Assembly: GCF_006345805.1 (NCBI RefSeq)
Contig: NC_043022.1
Span: forward strand, 1,178,001-1,242,000
Reading direction: 5' to 3'
DNA length: 64,000 nt
DNA from: Octopus sinensis
Taxonomy: Eukaryota
Shown in pieces: positions 63,737 to 64,000 of the stretch. The notes under the pieces were generated by a model. It was not told the origin of the DNA and did not search any database. It saw only the letters and a list, made by a program, of their open reading frames with translations. Position numbers and translations under genes: made by a program. Position 1 is the stretch's first letter. Each line of letters opens with the position of its first letter.

Positions 63737-63946
63737 TCCTTTTTACTAAAGGCACAAGGCCAGAAATTTGGGGGAGGCGATGAGTCGATTATATCGGCCC
63801 CAGTGTTTCACTCGTACTTATTTTATCAATCTCGAAAGAATGAAAGGCTAAGTCAACTTTGGCGGAATTTGAACTCAAAATAAGAACGGACGAAATGCAG
63901 CTAAACATTTTGTCCAGTGTGCTAACAATTCTGTCAGCTCACCACC
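63737..63946 (-). mobile_element. SINE E, tail variant 2
   Basis: Family similarity. Confidence 0.78.
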
Positions 63947-64000
63947 TTAATAACAACAACAACAACAACAATAACAACAACAATAATAATATCAATAATA

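Overview
AT-rich animal genomic DNA packed with microsatellites and SINEs. The repeat families and (TA)n/(GATA)n/(AAT)n content suggest a coleoid cephalopod, probably Octopus (inference, no database search). No host protein-coding gene can be supported; most ORFs in the track are translations of microsatellites or SINEs. The main object is an ~11 kb, young Penelope-like retroelement locus of Naiad type (8753-19748) lying between two (TA)n tracts. It has an intact RT + GIY-YIG ORF (14287-17130), a 5.6 kb unit in partial tandem, a 2.7 kb inverted copy, and three copies of a hammerhead-ribozyme motif whose stem II is extended to 85 nt. Two further hammerhead-like motifs from other Penelope-type remnants lie at 5416-5461 and 8356-8397. 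Other notable items: a Tx1/L1 LINE associated with (GATA)n whose 3' tail is shared with a SINE family; an R4/Dong-type 3' fragment flanked by a 79-bp direct duplication bounded by (AAT)n; an RTE with a triplicated, recombinant 3' end; a twin-primed RTE fragment; a 1.85 kb palindrome centred on a mariner end; a foldback element; and Merlin-, hAT- and piggyBac-like MITEs. Labels SINE A-F are mine, and SINE/low-complexity boundaries are approximate (about +/-20 bp).
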